DNA of 64,000 bases from Camelus ferus (taxonomy: Eukaryota), in NCBI RefSeq assembly GCF_009834535.1, contig NC_045697.1, positions 86,616,001-86,680,000 of the forward strand. Reading direction: 5' to 3'. The notes under the pieces are model-generated. The model was not told the DNA's origin. It saw nothing but the letters and a program-made list of their open reading frames with translations, and did no database searches. The position numbers were made by a program, and so were the translations under genes. Below, one piece after another: positions 1-13,276 of the stretch. How positions within the stretch are numbered: the stretch's first letter is position 1; every line of letters starts with the position of its first letter.

Positions 1-175
1 GTAATCTATCACAAGAACAACTAAGAAGATATAATGAAGGAAAAGAGTTAAATAGCAAGAAAGCTCATGATCTGTGGACCCACTTTTGTTAGAAACAGAA
101 AAATATATATCCACATGCACATATATACACACACATACATATATGGAGGGTAGTGAGGTAAGTGTGCATATTTTA

Positions 176-400
176 CTTTTTTATTGAGTTAAAATTTATA
201 TACAGTTAAATGCACTGTACAATTTCATGAGTTGTGATATACGTATATATCTGTGTACCCCATCTGTATATAACCATTATCCCAGTCAAAATTTAGGACA
301 TTTTCATCATCTCAGAAAATATTTCTATGCCCTCGTCTAGTCAATCCCTGGTAGAACCAGTGTTTTACTTTGGATCACCATAGATTAATTTTGCCTCAAA
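176..400 (-). mobile_element. Old L1 3'-end fragment
   Basis: tttattgagttaaaatttatatacagttaaatgcac...ggacattttcatcatctcagaaa, the typical L1M 3'UTR in antisense. Confidence 0.65.
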
Positions 401-654
401 CAATAGAAATGTTCCAGATATCCATCTTCTGCTTTACTTTTTAATGTAATACTCTGATAACTTAAATTGTAATTTTATTAAAAACTAGCTTCAGAAAGTA
501 AAGATTCAGAATAATTTTATGTAAAAAAATGTGCTATATGCATGCATATAATTGAGAAAAATATTGTAGATTCTATGTTGATTTTAGTCCTTGCAATTGC
601 CAACATAAATTTTTGAATAATAATTAGTAAATATTTCATTCCTTTCTACCTTAG

Positions 655-787
655 TTCTCCATTTAAAAGTGGTACGTCAATGGCAAGTCGGCTTTGTAAG
701 GCTGCAATGTTAAGTCGATTTAACCTGCTTGCCAAAGAAGCTAAAAAAGAAGATTTACTTGAAGCCAGTACATATCATGGAGCTAAG
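655..787 (+). CDS. ADAD1: ADAD1 (testis adenosine deaminase domain-containing 1 / TENR), penultimate coding exon
   Basis: Acceptor ttag at 651-654 and donor gtaagt at 788. 133 nt reading (1 nt)+[44 protein letters not shown], which matches the ADAD1/ADAR-type deaminase C-terminus. Position next to IL2 is syntenic. Confidence 0.93.
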
Positions 788-3344
788 GTAAGTCTTTAAA
801 GGAATAAAGTTGATCATTGAAATAAAAAATTAAGACAATAATAATGTGGTAATTTGATGATGATGATAAATAGCAAAAGTTGTGGAATAGTACACGAAAA
901 TAAGATATTGCCATGTAGTGGTAAAATTAATTTTTAAATGAATATGCCAGAAATTGGATATGTAAATAAATACTGCCACCTAAAGTAGCTACCTCAGTAT
1001 GGTATGTACTTACTTTGACAATATTGCTCAAAACCTTCTGTCATACCTAGAGAAATAAAATGGTAATAAAATTTCTCCTGTGTATGATGTTAAATATGCT
1101 AACTATTGAATTTAAATATTCTAAAATAATGTGTTACTATATTTATATAAATTAATTTGCCTATCACAAAATTGTGAAACACCTTTGATTTCAGCATGTA
1201 ATTTGGGCTTGATAAGTGATGTAGATATACTTTTTCTATCTTTAAAAATGTTTATTTTTTTAGTATTACAAACATAATGCACACTTAAGTAGAGAATTTA
1301 GAAATTTTTTAAAAGTTCAGAGGGAGAAGTATTACTTGTAATACCACTTTCTATTCAGATATACTACTCCTAATCCTGTAAACATGTTATTTCAGTTTCT
1401 TGCCATGTATTTATATTTTTTGTGTATGCGTATATTTTAAAATATTAAGATGATACTGGATATGCTTTTTAATCTGCTTTTTTCATTCAAAGTACTGTGA
1501 CCTGAACCATGCCATACTATGACATTTCCATGTTAATCAAGTTATTAAATACAAATTGTTTCTCATAACCTAACTTCAATTTCAGTAATGATACAGTATT
1601 GTATGCAAGTCTCTTTTTCACCACTATCTTTATGCTCAAACTGTATAATTCCAATCTGTAAAGCAATTAATATTAATTACAGGCTTATTTGTATGTACAC
1701 ATGTATTTTTAAGTATAAAAGCTTACCTAGACAATTTCTGGTTTTGGCATTAGAAAAGTTGCAAGTCATCTCTAAAAAATAAGTATAAAAATGGATAAAA
1801 TTGTCAAAGAAAAAACACCTTTTTCACAGTTCTGGAAATTGACTAAAGAGAGAAAACACAATGAAAAGTGTATATTCTTGTCAAACTTTTAAAACTTTGG
1901 ATAATAACAACAGGAGTTTGTGGCACCTTTGCCCAAAACTGTTCCCTTTCTCCCTCCTCCCTCTCTACTAGTTTGAATGGCAAGACCTGTAGTTTTATCT
2001 GATTGAGACTGCCACAAAAAGTAGTAGATTTTCTGCTAGAGAGGGGTGGACTTGATTTGGGGCAGAGGGTGGAAAAACAATGTTTTTTTTTTTTCAGCTA
2101 AATGTGCCAAACTTGGTAGGGTGCCAAGCTTGGTAGGGAACCAAATGGGGAAAATCAGTAACTTTGGTGGCCCAAGGTTGCAGTCCTGGTTGGGGCAGAT
2201 GGTGTACCAATTATTAACTTAACAGATAGATTTTGGAAATGAAAGAGCCACGGTAGGGTAGAGATAAATTCTCCATATATCCTTGGTTGACTGAGAAATT
2301 ATACTTATGTGCAAGGGAGTCTCAAGAATTCAGTGAAGAGTGAAGTTTGAAACAGAACTGCCTGCAGCATTAAATGCACTGTACCACCCACCCAAATGAA
2401 TTGATTAGAAAAAGGTGGAAGCCTTATAAGTTTAAGTTGTTTGAGCATAATATCTGCTGAAATCATTTGCTTGTCACTAAGCTATTCGCTTTTCACTAAG
2501 CTGTTCAGATATTGGGTAACCACTAGGAAGCCAGGCTAAAACATTAAAAAACTGGGAAGAGACAGTGCACACCATGGAGAAAGCAGATCTCACAATTTCA
2601 GCAAGCTAAAAAAAAAAGAAAAGAAAACCTCTTAGAAAAATAAAGCAATTCAGAGTTGCAACAATATATTATCTAAGAAGTCGACATTTCAACAAAAAAA
2701 AATATGTAAAAAACAGAAAAGTAAAACCTGTACTCAGGAAAAGTAACATTCAATAGAAACTGGTTCTGAGTAGATCCAAATGTTGAATATAGCAAAGTCT
2801 TCAGAGCAGCTATTATAACTGTATTCAAAGAATGAAAACAAAGTATGACAATGTTTCAGTGACTATTCTAAAATTGAAACATTTAATAACTGAAGTGAAT
2901 ACTTCTCTAGATGGGCTAACAGTACGTTTGTGATTGCATAAAAATATCAGTGGACCTTGAAGATAGATCAAAATAAGTTATTTTAAAGGACAGAATGAAA
3001 ACAGATTAAAGAAGAATGAACAGAGCTTCAGAGATTTGTGGAACAGTATTAAGTGTACCCACTTCTGTATACTAGGAATCCTAGAGGAAAAAGAGAGACA
3101 AGGGGTTGGGAAAAATATTTGAAGAAATGACTGAAAAAAACTTCGTATTTGGTGAAAAACATTAATAGATCCAAGAAGCTCAGGAAACCCCAAGAAAAAG
3201 GTAAAGATTCACACCCAGCTACATTACAGTCAAACTACTTCAGACGAAGACAAAATCTTGAAAGCAGCAAGAGAGAAAATAGTTATCAACCATAGACCAT
3301 ACATTTAAAGGCTGATTTCTCATTAGCAATATTGGAAGCCAACT

Positions 3345-4820
3345 TAAAATAGCCAAAACAATCTTGAAAAAGAACAAAGTTGGAGAATTCATACTTCTGG
3401 TTTCAAAACATACTACAAAGCCATAATAATCAAGACAGTATAATACTAGTATTAGTACAAACATACAGATCAATGGAATATAATTGACAGTCCAGAAATA
3501 ACCCCTGGCATTTATGATGAGTTGATTCTTAGCAAGAGTGCCAAGATCATTAAGTGGGAAAAATAGTCTTTTCAGTAGAGTCCTAGGACAACTGGATATC
3601 TCCATGGAAAAGATTGGACTTAGACCTCTACCTCATCCCATATACAAAAATTAACTCAAAATGGATAGAGCTATGTAAGAACTGAAATTATAAAACTCAG
3701 GAGAAAACATAGGAGAAAATACTTGCATTCCTAAGTTAAAAAATTTCTTAAATGTGATAACAAAAACAATCCATAAGAGAAAAAAATATTTTAAATTTCA
3801 TTAAAATTAAAACTTTTGCATTTCAAAAATAAAATGAAATGGCAAGGCACACACTGGGAGAAAATATTTGCAAATCATTTATTTAATAAGGGACTTGAAT
3901 CCAGAATATACAAAAAGCTTTTGCAACATAATAATAAATAGACAGAAGACCAATTTTTTAAATTAGCAAAGGATTTGAATAGACTTTTCTACAAAGCAGA
4001 TTTTAAAATGATCAATAAGCATATGGAAGGATGTTCAACATTGTCAGTCATTAGAGAAATGTGGCTGAAGACCTTAATGATACACTATTTTACACACATT
4101 AGGATATGGCTATATTAAAGAATGACATTAACAAGTGTCAAGAACGTGGGAAAAAAAGTTGGAGCTATCACACATTTCTGGCAGAAATGTAAATTGGTGC
4201 AGCTGCTTTGAAAAGTAATTTAACAGTTCCTCAAAAAAGTTAAATATAGAGTTATCATGTAACCCAGGAATTTCACTCCTGGGTATGTATACACATAAAA
4301 TAATTGAAAACACCTATCCATACCAAAGCTGATACATAAATGTTCATAAAAGTATTCATAACACAGAAAAGGTAGAAACAATCCAAATGTTCATCAGCTG
4401 ATAAATGGATAAACAAAACATGGCATATCAATATTGTGGACTACCATTTATTCATAAAAGGAACTCTGAAGTACTGATGTATTCTACAATATGGATTACC
4501 TTTGAAAACATTATGTTAAGTGAAAGAAGCCAGACACACAGAAAAAGCTGCATATATGATTCCATTTATATGAACTATATGTCCAGAATAGACAAATTCA
4601 TAGAGACATAAAGTAGATTAGTAGTTTCCAGGGAGGTGGGGAGGAGAAAATGAGGGTTGACTGCTAATGAATACAGAATTCCTTTTAGGGGTGATGGAAA
4701 TGTTCTGGAATTAGTAGTCATAATTGTATAACTTTGTGAATATAGTAAAAGCCACTGAATTACACACTTCAGAAGGGTGAAGTTTATGATACATGGATTA
4801 TATCTCAACAAAGCTATTGG
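3345..4820 (+). mobile_element. L1MB-like 5'-truncated insertion interrupting the host ORF1
   Basis: Starts in ORF2 (aaaatagccaaaacaatcttgaaaaagaac) and ends with a typical 3'UTR (ggggtgatggaaatgttctggaattag...tatctcaacaaagct). Host ORF1 resumes afterwards. Confidence 0.75.
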
Positions 4821-6440
4821 AAAAGAATAGAGACCAGGATGCAGTTAAATGACATGTTCAGGTGTGAAAGAAAAAACTTGGCAACCAGAAATTCTATACC
4901 CAGCAAAATAATCCTTCAGAAATAAAAGCAAAGTAAAAACATTGCCAGGTAGACAAAAGTTAAGAAAATTTGTTAGCAGAACTTCTCTAAAAGGAATTCC
5001 AAAGGAAATCCTTGAGGCTTGGAAAAAATTATACCAGACAATAACAAATCTACAGAAAAGAAAGAATACTGAAAACAGTAATTATGTGGGTAGATATAAA
5101 AGATACATGCGTGTATGTTTGTCTTATTTTCTTTAAAAACAAAATTGCATAAAATTATTTTAACACTTTATTACTGAATTTTTTTACATATAGCAGGAAT
5201 ATTATAATATTCTCTGTGCTCAATAATAAAGCACAGAGAAAGAAATGAATCGACATTGAAATAAGTTGCTATATTTTACCAGGATTAAGTCAGTATGAAT
5301 CTAAAGTAGATTATGGTAAGATAAAGAGGCATGTTGTAATTCCTAAAGTAACCATGAAGAAAATAACTAGAAACTAGATAAAATATCAACAGAGGAAATA
5401 AAATGAGGTACTAAAAATGCATTTTAAAAAAGACAAAAAAGCAGTAAAGAAGAGAAATAATGGGCACAGACTTTGAAAATAGTGAAATGACAGACATAAA
5501 TCCACTGTATCAATAACTACATTAAATTTGAATATTCCAAATGCTCCAAAAAAAAGACAGATTGTCAGGTTGGGCAGAAAAACAAAATCCAACTATATGC
5601 TGTCTGCAAGAGACATATTAAATTCAAAGACACAAATAGATTGAAAGTAAAAGGATAAAAAAAGATATACCATGCAAACAGTAGCAATAAGACAGCTGGA
5701 GTGTTTATATTAATATCAAACAAATACACATCAAGATGAGAAATATTACTAGAGACAAAACACAGTGGTAAAAGGTTAGTACATGAGGAACATACAACAA
5801 TTGTATATGTGTATGAGTATAACAACAGAACCCCAAAATACATAAACAGAAACTGGCAGCATTTGGTAAATTGTGAAATCGACAATTCTACAATTATAGT
5901 TGGAGGTTTTAATATTCCTCTTTCATTAATTGATAGTAGTACTAGACAGAAAATAAGAATATAGAAGGCTTAAATAACACAGACCAGCCAAACCAAACAC
6001 TCTGTACTCCACAGAACAGCAGAATATACATTCTTTTCAAATATACATGGAGCATTCTCCACTATAGATCATTTGGCCATAAAGCAAGTCTCAATAAGTT
6101 TAAAAGGATTAAAGTCATACAAAATATGTTCTAATCACTATGGAATTAAATTAGAAATCAACAACAGAATGAAATGTGAAAATATACATTTGGAAATTAA
6201 GCAACATAACCTCTGACCCATGAGTCAAAGAAGAAATTATAAGGGAAAGTGAGAAATATCTGGGATGAAAATGAAAATATAGCATATTAAAATTTAGGGA
6301 CTATAATCAAATAAGTGCTTAGAAATGCATAGCTTTAAATATATTAGAAAGAAAGAATCATAAAATCAGTTATTTAAGCGTTCATCTAAAGAAGTTAGAA
6401 GAAGAAAAGCAAATCAAAACAAAATAAGGAGAGAGGACAA

Positions 6441-7128
6441 AAAACTGAAAATAGACTTACCATATGATCCAGCCATCCCGCTCCTGGGCATATATCCAGA
6501 GGGAACTTTAATAATTCGAAAAGATACATGCACTCCAGTATTCATAGCAGCACTGTTGACAATAGCCAAGACATAGAAACACCTAAATGTCCATCAACAG
6601 ATGACTGGATAAAGTAGTTGTGTAATATATCCAATGGAATACTACTACTCATCCATAAAAAAGAATAAAATAATGCCATTTGCAGCAACATGGATGGCCC
6701 TGGAGATTATCATACTAAGTGAAGTAAGCCAAAAAGAGAAAGAAAAATACCACATGATATCACTCATATTTGGAATCTAAATAAAAACACACACGAAATT
6801 ATTTACAGAACAGAAACAGACTCACAGACATAGAAAACAAAGTTATGGTTACTGGAGCGGGGAAAGTTGGGGAGGGATAAATTGGGAGTTTGGGATTCAC
6901 AGATACTAACTACTATATATAAAATAGATAAACAACAAGTTCCTACTGCATAGCACACGGAAATATTTTCAGTTTCTTGTAGTAACCTATAATAAAAAAG
7001 AATATGAAAAAATATGTTTGTGTGTGTGTATAACTAAATCACCATGCTATATACTGGAGACTAGCACAGCATTGTAAATTGACTATTTCAATTAAAAACA
7101 TAAAAAATAAATATAAAAGAAAAAAAGA
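6441..7128 (+). mobile_element. Younger artiodactyl/camelid-type L1 3' end
   Basis: ORF2 C-terminus (gacttaccatatgatccagc...gccatttgcagcaacatggat), then 3'UTR and an A-rich tail. Confidence 0.8.
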
Positions 7129-8907
7129 AAATTCTATGATATAATACATTATGTGAATATATTCAAGTTCAAAACCCACGTACTTAACCTCAGTAGATGT
7201 GTGAAATGCATTTGACAAGCTCCAACACCTATTCCCAATAAAAACACTGAACAAATAAGAAATAGAAGTGAACTTCCTAAATTGCATAAAAGACATCAGT
7301 GAAAACCTACTGTTGACATGACACTTAATGCTGAAAGGCTGAATACTCTTTTCCCTACCTCTCAAGGTTGGGAAGAAAGAAAGTCTGTTCTCAACACTTC
7401 TAGTCAACATTGTTCCATAAGTCCTAGCCAGTGCAGCAAGGCAAGGAAAAGAAATAAAAGGCGTCTAGAATGGAAAGGAAGTAGAAAAACTCTTCTTATT
7501 TCTAAATGATCTTGTATGTAAAATATCCTATGGAATCACCAGAAACAAACAACTATATCATGCGTGAATTTAGCACATGGTATAAGAACAGTGTAGGAAA
7601 CTGAGTAGTATATCTATATACTGTGAATGAGCACACCAAAATTAAAATTGGGATAACAGATTCATCTATAAGAGCATAAAAATAAATTTAGGAATAAATT
7701 TGACAAAAGAAGTATAAGGCCTGTACAAAAATGATCAAACATTGCTGAGAGAAATTGAAGAATACCTAAATAGAGATATACCAATTTATTAGACTGGAAC
7801 TTAATACTTTTAGAATGTCATTTCTTTCCTAATTAATGTATGGATTCAATGCAAACTGTCAAAATCCCTGTAAACTTTTGTGTAGAACTGATTCTAAAGT
7901 CAATATGTAAAATCCAAAACACAGAAGAACCAAAACAATTTTTAAAAAGAACAGAATTGGTAAAGCTACCCTACCTAGTTTCAACAACTTATTGTAAAGC
8001 CACAGTAATCAAGACAACATATTAATGTAATGATAGACATATAGATCAATGGAACAAAATAAGAGTTCAGAAGTAAGCTCACATACTTATGGTCAGTTGA
8101 TTTTGTACAAAGGTGCCAAGATAATTTAATGGGATAAATAAGTCTTTTCAACATACGGTGCTGGAATAGTTAGAGGTCAGTGAGCAAGCTAAAAAATTAA
8201 CTTAGACTTACTCATTCACAAAAAAAAAAAAAAAAAAAAAAAACCCTCAAATGGATCATAGATCTAAAAGAGCTAAAAACTATATTTTCCAAAGAAGATG
8301 TGAGGAGATATTTGTATTCTGAGGTTAGACAAATTTTTTTTAGGTGTGACACAAAAAGCACAATCCATAATTACAGACTGACTGTGTATGAGTACAGTGG
8401 AACTTTTTGCGGGTGATGGAATTGTTTTACAACTGGGCTGTTGATGGTTGCACATCCATATAAATTTAGTAAAACAACATCAGACTGAATACTTACCAGT
8501 GGGTGTATTTATGGTATACAAATTATACCTAAATAAAGCTCGGTTTTTTGATGTTTATTTATTTTAAAAATGAGAGGAAATAAAAATATTAATAATGATT
8601 ATCTGTAGTTTGGGGATTGCAAGTGATTTTTATTTACTTCTTTGTATTTTCTCTATTTTTCAAGTTTTCTGTAATGAGTCTGATTACTCTTAATTTAAAA
8701 ATGTTTAAAAAAAGAAAAATTACCTTTTAGTTTTGGGGAAGGGAATTTTTTAGTTTCAAAAATAATACTGAGGAAACCAATGGGAATTCAAAAAGATTTT
8801 TATTAATTTTTAAAATGTCAAACTAAAGAAAGAAGATTAGGGCTACTTATTTTTCATAAGCCAAATTCTGCCTATATACTATAATTCAGTATTTTTTCTT
8901 TCTATAG

Positions 8908-9021
8908 CGTATGTCTGGATCCTATCAAGAAGCTAAAACTTTGTTGAAATCCTACTTACAGCAACATGGCTATGGCTCCTGGATTGTGAAATCTCCCTGT
9001 ATAGAGCAATTTAGTATGTGA
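8908..9021 (+). CDS. ADAD1: ADAD1 last coding exon
   Basis: Pyrimidine tract plus tag acceptor ending at 8907. In phase with the previous exon. Reads [37 protein letters not shown] (TGA 9019-9021), the typical ADAD1 end. Confidence 0.93.
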   Translation, partial: RMSGSYQEAKTLLKSYLQQHGYGSWIVKSPCIEQFSM

Positions 9022-9041
9022 ATTAAGCAATCCATTGTCAT

Positions 9042-9047
9042 ATTAAA
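9042..9047 (+). terminator. Probable ADAD1 polyadenylation signal (ATTAAA)
   Basis: ATTAAA 20 nt after the stop, followed by T-rich/GT-rich sequence (tcttttttttcgtgtgttttt). Confidence 0.5.
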
Positions 9048-10542
9048 AATCTTTTTTTTTCGTGTGTTTTGACTACTAAAAATGCTTTTTAAATATTGAT
9101 GGTTTTCAGCTTTAAAAATCACAGAGTCTTGCAGCAGCAATGTCCAGAGATTGCAGCAAATTTATAAATATTCATGTTAATTTACCTTGAAATGTTAGGG
9201 TTTTAATTTTTTTATTTTTTGAAAAAACAATTACTTGCTTCATTATGTAGCCATTTTGCATTTATTTTTATAGAAATTATAAAGCCATTATCCTTTTTGT
9301 AACTTAAAAGAAAATTCATTTTCTTTTAATTTTTTGTTTTAAAAGTTCTTTGTTCAGCAAAGATATTCAGCGTTGTGTCCTGGTATTTCACTCAAGTTTC
9401 TTTTTTTAATTAGTAATTGGAGTCCAAGAATACAAATAATAATTCCTACTAATTTGTTGATTAAATCAACAGGCATCTGAATGCCTGATATTTGTCATTA
9501 ACCCATAGTGGGGGAAAAAAACATCATTTCTCATGTCAGAGAATCTCATGAATGCAAATTGCACATAAAAAAGCAGAAAAATATTAACCATGTTAGGGAA
9601 TAATTTGATAAATTAGTTATTCTGATTAATAGAGGATTATCATAAATACTTTAAAAAAGATTGCCCATTTTCAGGTATTCTGTAGATCCTCCAAATGTTA
9701 CTCTTTATAATTTAGATTAGTAGGGATTTCTAATAATAGATCAATGAAAGATTATTTAGCTTTATATTTGTATTTGTTTATACAGTGATTAGGTGAAAAG
9801 AGAAAGTTTAGTTATTCTTTAGTTAGGATATATATCTTTAGTGAAATTGTGAGTACCATACTTTAGCTTCTTCAGTCTCTTCCTTAATTTCAACCACAGA
9901 TGAATTAAACATTAGCTCTCAAACTTTGCCCCTCTTACCTAGGATTTTTATTAAATTAAGAAGTCTCACTTCAACCCAAATAAACTATTATAATCTCTGA
10001 TGAGACTAATGTAGGTATTTTTGTTAGGAGGGTTTGTTTTTTGTCTGTTCTAAAAGTATGATAGGGTTTAGTTGATGAACATTGAAGACATGTATGTCTT
10101 TCCAGATTAGACTAGATTCTATACTTATTAATAGGTTGAAGCATGTGAAATTGCCATTTTAGGAGGAGAGGTAGGTTAAAAATGATCAAATATGTGTAAT
10201 TTTATGTGGATCAACATAAATATACTATTAATAAGTTCTGTTTCCATCAATCAGATGTTTATTCCTTATTTCTCTAAATTAGTGTTTTCCTGCTTAAATC
10301 TTTTAGGTCTCTTTTCTGGGTTGTTTCCTCCTATAGTGAATTTCCAGTCTTTATTAGTTTGCCTCTCTTTGATAGTGAATTGACTTTGAAAATACAAAAT
10401 TTTTCATCTTCTCATGGCTCTTCACATTCATGAGTATTTTGCTTTTGACTGACACAAGGACCAATTATGTATTTGGGGTTATGCAATATATTTTGCTTGA
10501 AGAAAAGCAAACTTCTAAATTTAGACTTTTAAACCTCTACTT

Positions 10543-12396
10543 TTTTTTAAAGATTTTTTATTGAGTTATAGTCATTTTACACTGTTAAGTCAAATTCCAG
10601 TGTAGAGCACAATTTTTCAGTTACACATGAGCATACATATATTCGTTGTTACATTTTTTTTTCGCTATGAGCTACCACAAGATCTTGTATATATTTCCCT
10701 GTGCTATACAGTATAATCTTGTTTATCTATTCTGCATATTCCTGTCCGTATACAAATTTTGAAATCCACGTCTGTCCTTCCCACCCCACGCCCCCTTGGC
10801 AACCACAGGTTTGTATTCTATCTCTGTGAGTCTGTTTCTGTTTTGTATTTATGTTCATTTTTTTTTTTAGATTCCACATATGAGTGATCTCATATGGTAT
10901 TTTTCTTTCTCTTTCTGGCTTACTTCACTTACAATGATATTCTCCAGGGACTTCCATGTTACTGCAAATGGCATTATGTTGTCGGTTTTTATGGCTGAAT
11001 AGTATTCTATTGTATAAATATAGCACATCTTCTTTATCCAGTCATCTGCCGATAGATATTTAGGCTGTTTCCATGTCTTGGCTATTGTAAATAGTGCTGC
11101 TATGAACATTGGGGTACAGGCGTCTTTTTGAAGTAGGGTTCCTTCTGGATATATGCCCAGGAGCGGGATTCCTGGGTCATATGGTAAGTCTATTCCTAGT
11201 CTTTTGAGGTATCTGCATACTGTTTTCCAAAGTGGTTGCACCAAACTGCATTCCCACCAGCAGTGTAGGAGGGTTGCCTTTTCTCCACAGCCTCTCCAGC
11301 ATTTGTCATTTGTGGACTTTTGAATGATGGCCATTCTGGCTGGTGTGAGGTGATAACCTCATTGTAGTTTTGATTTGCATTTCTCTGATAATTAGTGATA
11401 CTGAACATTTTTTTCATGTGCCTATTGATCATTTGTATGTCTTCCTTGGAGAATTGCTTGTTTAGGTCTTCTGCCCATTTTTGGATTGGGTTGTTTGTTT
11501 TTTTCTTATTAAGTCATATATTCTGGAAATCAAGCCTTTGTCAGTTTCATTGTTTGCAAAAATTTTCTCCCATTCCATAGGTTGTCGCTTTGTTTTGCTT
11601 ATGGTTTCCTTTGCTGTGCAGAAGCTTGTAAGTTTGATTAGGTCCCGTTTGTTTATTCTTGCTTTTATTTCTGTTGCTTGGATAGACTTCCCTAGGAGAA
11701 CATTTTTGAGATGTATGTCAGATAATGTTTTGCCTATATTTTCTTCTAGGAGGTTTATTGTATCTTGTCTTATGTTTAAGTCTTTGATCCATTTTGAGTT
11801 TATTTTTGTGTATGGTTTAAGGGAGTGTTCTAGCTTCATTTCTTTACATGTTGCTGTCCAGTTTTCCCAACACCATTTGCTGAAGAGGCTATCTTTATTC
11901 CATTGTATATTCTTGCCTCCTTTGTCAAAGATGAGTTGACCAAAAGTTTGTGGGTTCATTTCTGGGCTCTCTATTCTGTTCCATTGGTCCATATGTCTGT
12001 TTTTGTACCAATACCATGCTGTCTTGATGACTGTAGCTCTATAGTATTGTCTGAAGTCTGAGAGAGTTATTCCTCCCGCCTCTTTCTTCTTCTTCAATAA
12101 TGCTTTGGCAATTCTAGGTCTTTTGTGGTTCCATATAAATTTTGTTATGATCTGTTCTAGTTCTGTGAAATATGTCGTGGGTAATTTGTTAGGGATTGCA
12201 TTAAATCTGTAGATTGCCTTGGGAACTGTGACCATTTTAACAATACTGATTCCTCCAATCAAGGAATATGGAATATCTTTCCATTTTTTAAAGTCTTCTT
12301 TAATATCCTTCATCAGTGGTGTATAGTTTTCCATGTATAAGTCTTTCACCTCCTTGGTTAGATTTATTCCTAGATATTTTATTACTTGTGTGCTAT
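10543..12396 (-). mobile_element. Young 5'-truncated LINE-1 (ORF2 C-terminal part + 3'UTR) with 16-bp TSD
   Basis: ORF2 peptides at 11462-12349 and 10867-11334 (HWDQWNRIE-like and LLHCWWEC motifs). T-tail at 10543. TSD TTTTAAACCTCTACTT at 10527-10542 and 12397-12412. Confidence 0.95.
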
Positions 12397-12869
12397 TTTT
12401 AAACCTCTACTTCTAAAGTTGTTCAAAACCCATGAAACTAATTGCATCTAAGTTTAAGTTCTCTTTCACCAATGGAAGCCTTTGCTAAACATATCTTAGT
12501 ATTTTTCTGCAAGTTGGTGTTTCTGATGCTAATTTAAGTAGTATCATTTTGTATATTTTATTTTCTATTTATTTGTTGCTGGTATATAGGCATACAGTGA
12601 CCTTTTAAGATTGGCTTTATAGCCAGTGACCTTCTTAAATTGATTGACTTAATGTGTATAGCTTTTTGGATTTTCTTCATACACAGTTATGTCATATGTG
12701 AATAACAAAAAGTTTATTCAGTCCCAATATTTATTATCTAATTTCATTTTCTTTTTTTCCCCACTGGCTATGATTTTCTAGTTCAGTGTGAATTGAAGTT
12801 GTGAGTAGTGTCCTTGTCTCATGTAGCATTGTCATGTTGGTGCCTATATCTTTTGATATAGGCAATTCC

Positions 12870-13270
12870 TATAGTCTATATCCCAGTAGTCTTTGTTGGC
12901 TTTCTTTCTTTCTCTTATGACAGAATGTTCTTGCCTCATCTTGTGCATTTGTTGCCCCAATCATGGTATTGGCCATTTCTCTCAAGAAGCCTCATTTTTC
13001 ATGGAAAGTCATGTTTAGAAACCATAATCTGGATGCTAAGGGTACCTATTCATGAGTTGGTTATTTTTCCTTAGGCCTTTCTAGAGAAAAGAGCTTGGAA
13101 ATAATTATATTAATTTAAGATAAAATAATATATTTAGTTCACATTGATAGTTCCATTTCACATTCAGGTCTACTGGGTTTTTAGTTTAAACTCTTAAATC
13201 TTACATTTGAATCTAGTTTCTCTCACACTAAAATCTTGATTCCTATTGATACCAACACAATTTCTTACTT
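12870..13270 (-). mobile_element. Old L1MC-like 3'UTR fragment (continues at ~20430-20610)
   Basis: ctcatcttgtgcattt...gccatttctctcaagaagcc...tttagaaaccataatctgg motif. Split by the large L1 listed next. Confidence 0.6.
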
Positions 13271-13276
13271 ACTTAA

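Larger units (their letters stand above)
1785..8545 (+). mobile_element. Nested, degenerate LINE-1 cluster in the last ADAD1 intron (old L1M host with 5'UTR/ORF1/ORF2/3' pieces plus two inserted L1 3' portions)
   Basis: ORF1-like sequence at 2600-3340 and 4825-5100. EN-domain-like sequence at 5480-6430. ORF2 RT/C-terminal pieces at 7130-8370. 3' end at ~8540. Confidence 0.85.

Noticed and set aside
2104..2507. Short tandem duplications (17-bp at 2104-2138, 19-bp at 2469-2507; similar ones at 30922-30953, 39451-39471 and 45111-45142)
   Set aside because: Ordinary two-copy slippage duplications with no array structure.
8221..8242. A22 run, and T runs at ~16425-16442 and 34606-34623, as retrocopy tails
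   Set aside because: No attached insert or TSD. These are homopolymer expansions.
11462..12349. 295-aa ORF as a host gene
   Set aside because: It is the LINE-1 ORF2 C-terminal region inside a TSD-flanked truncated L1.
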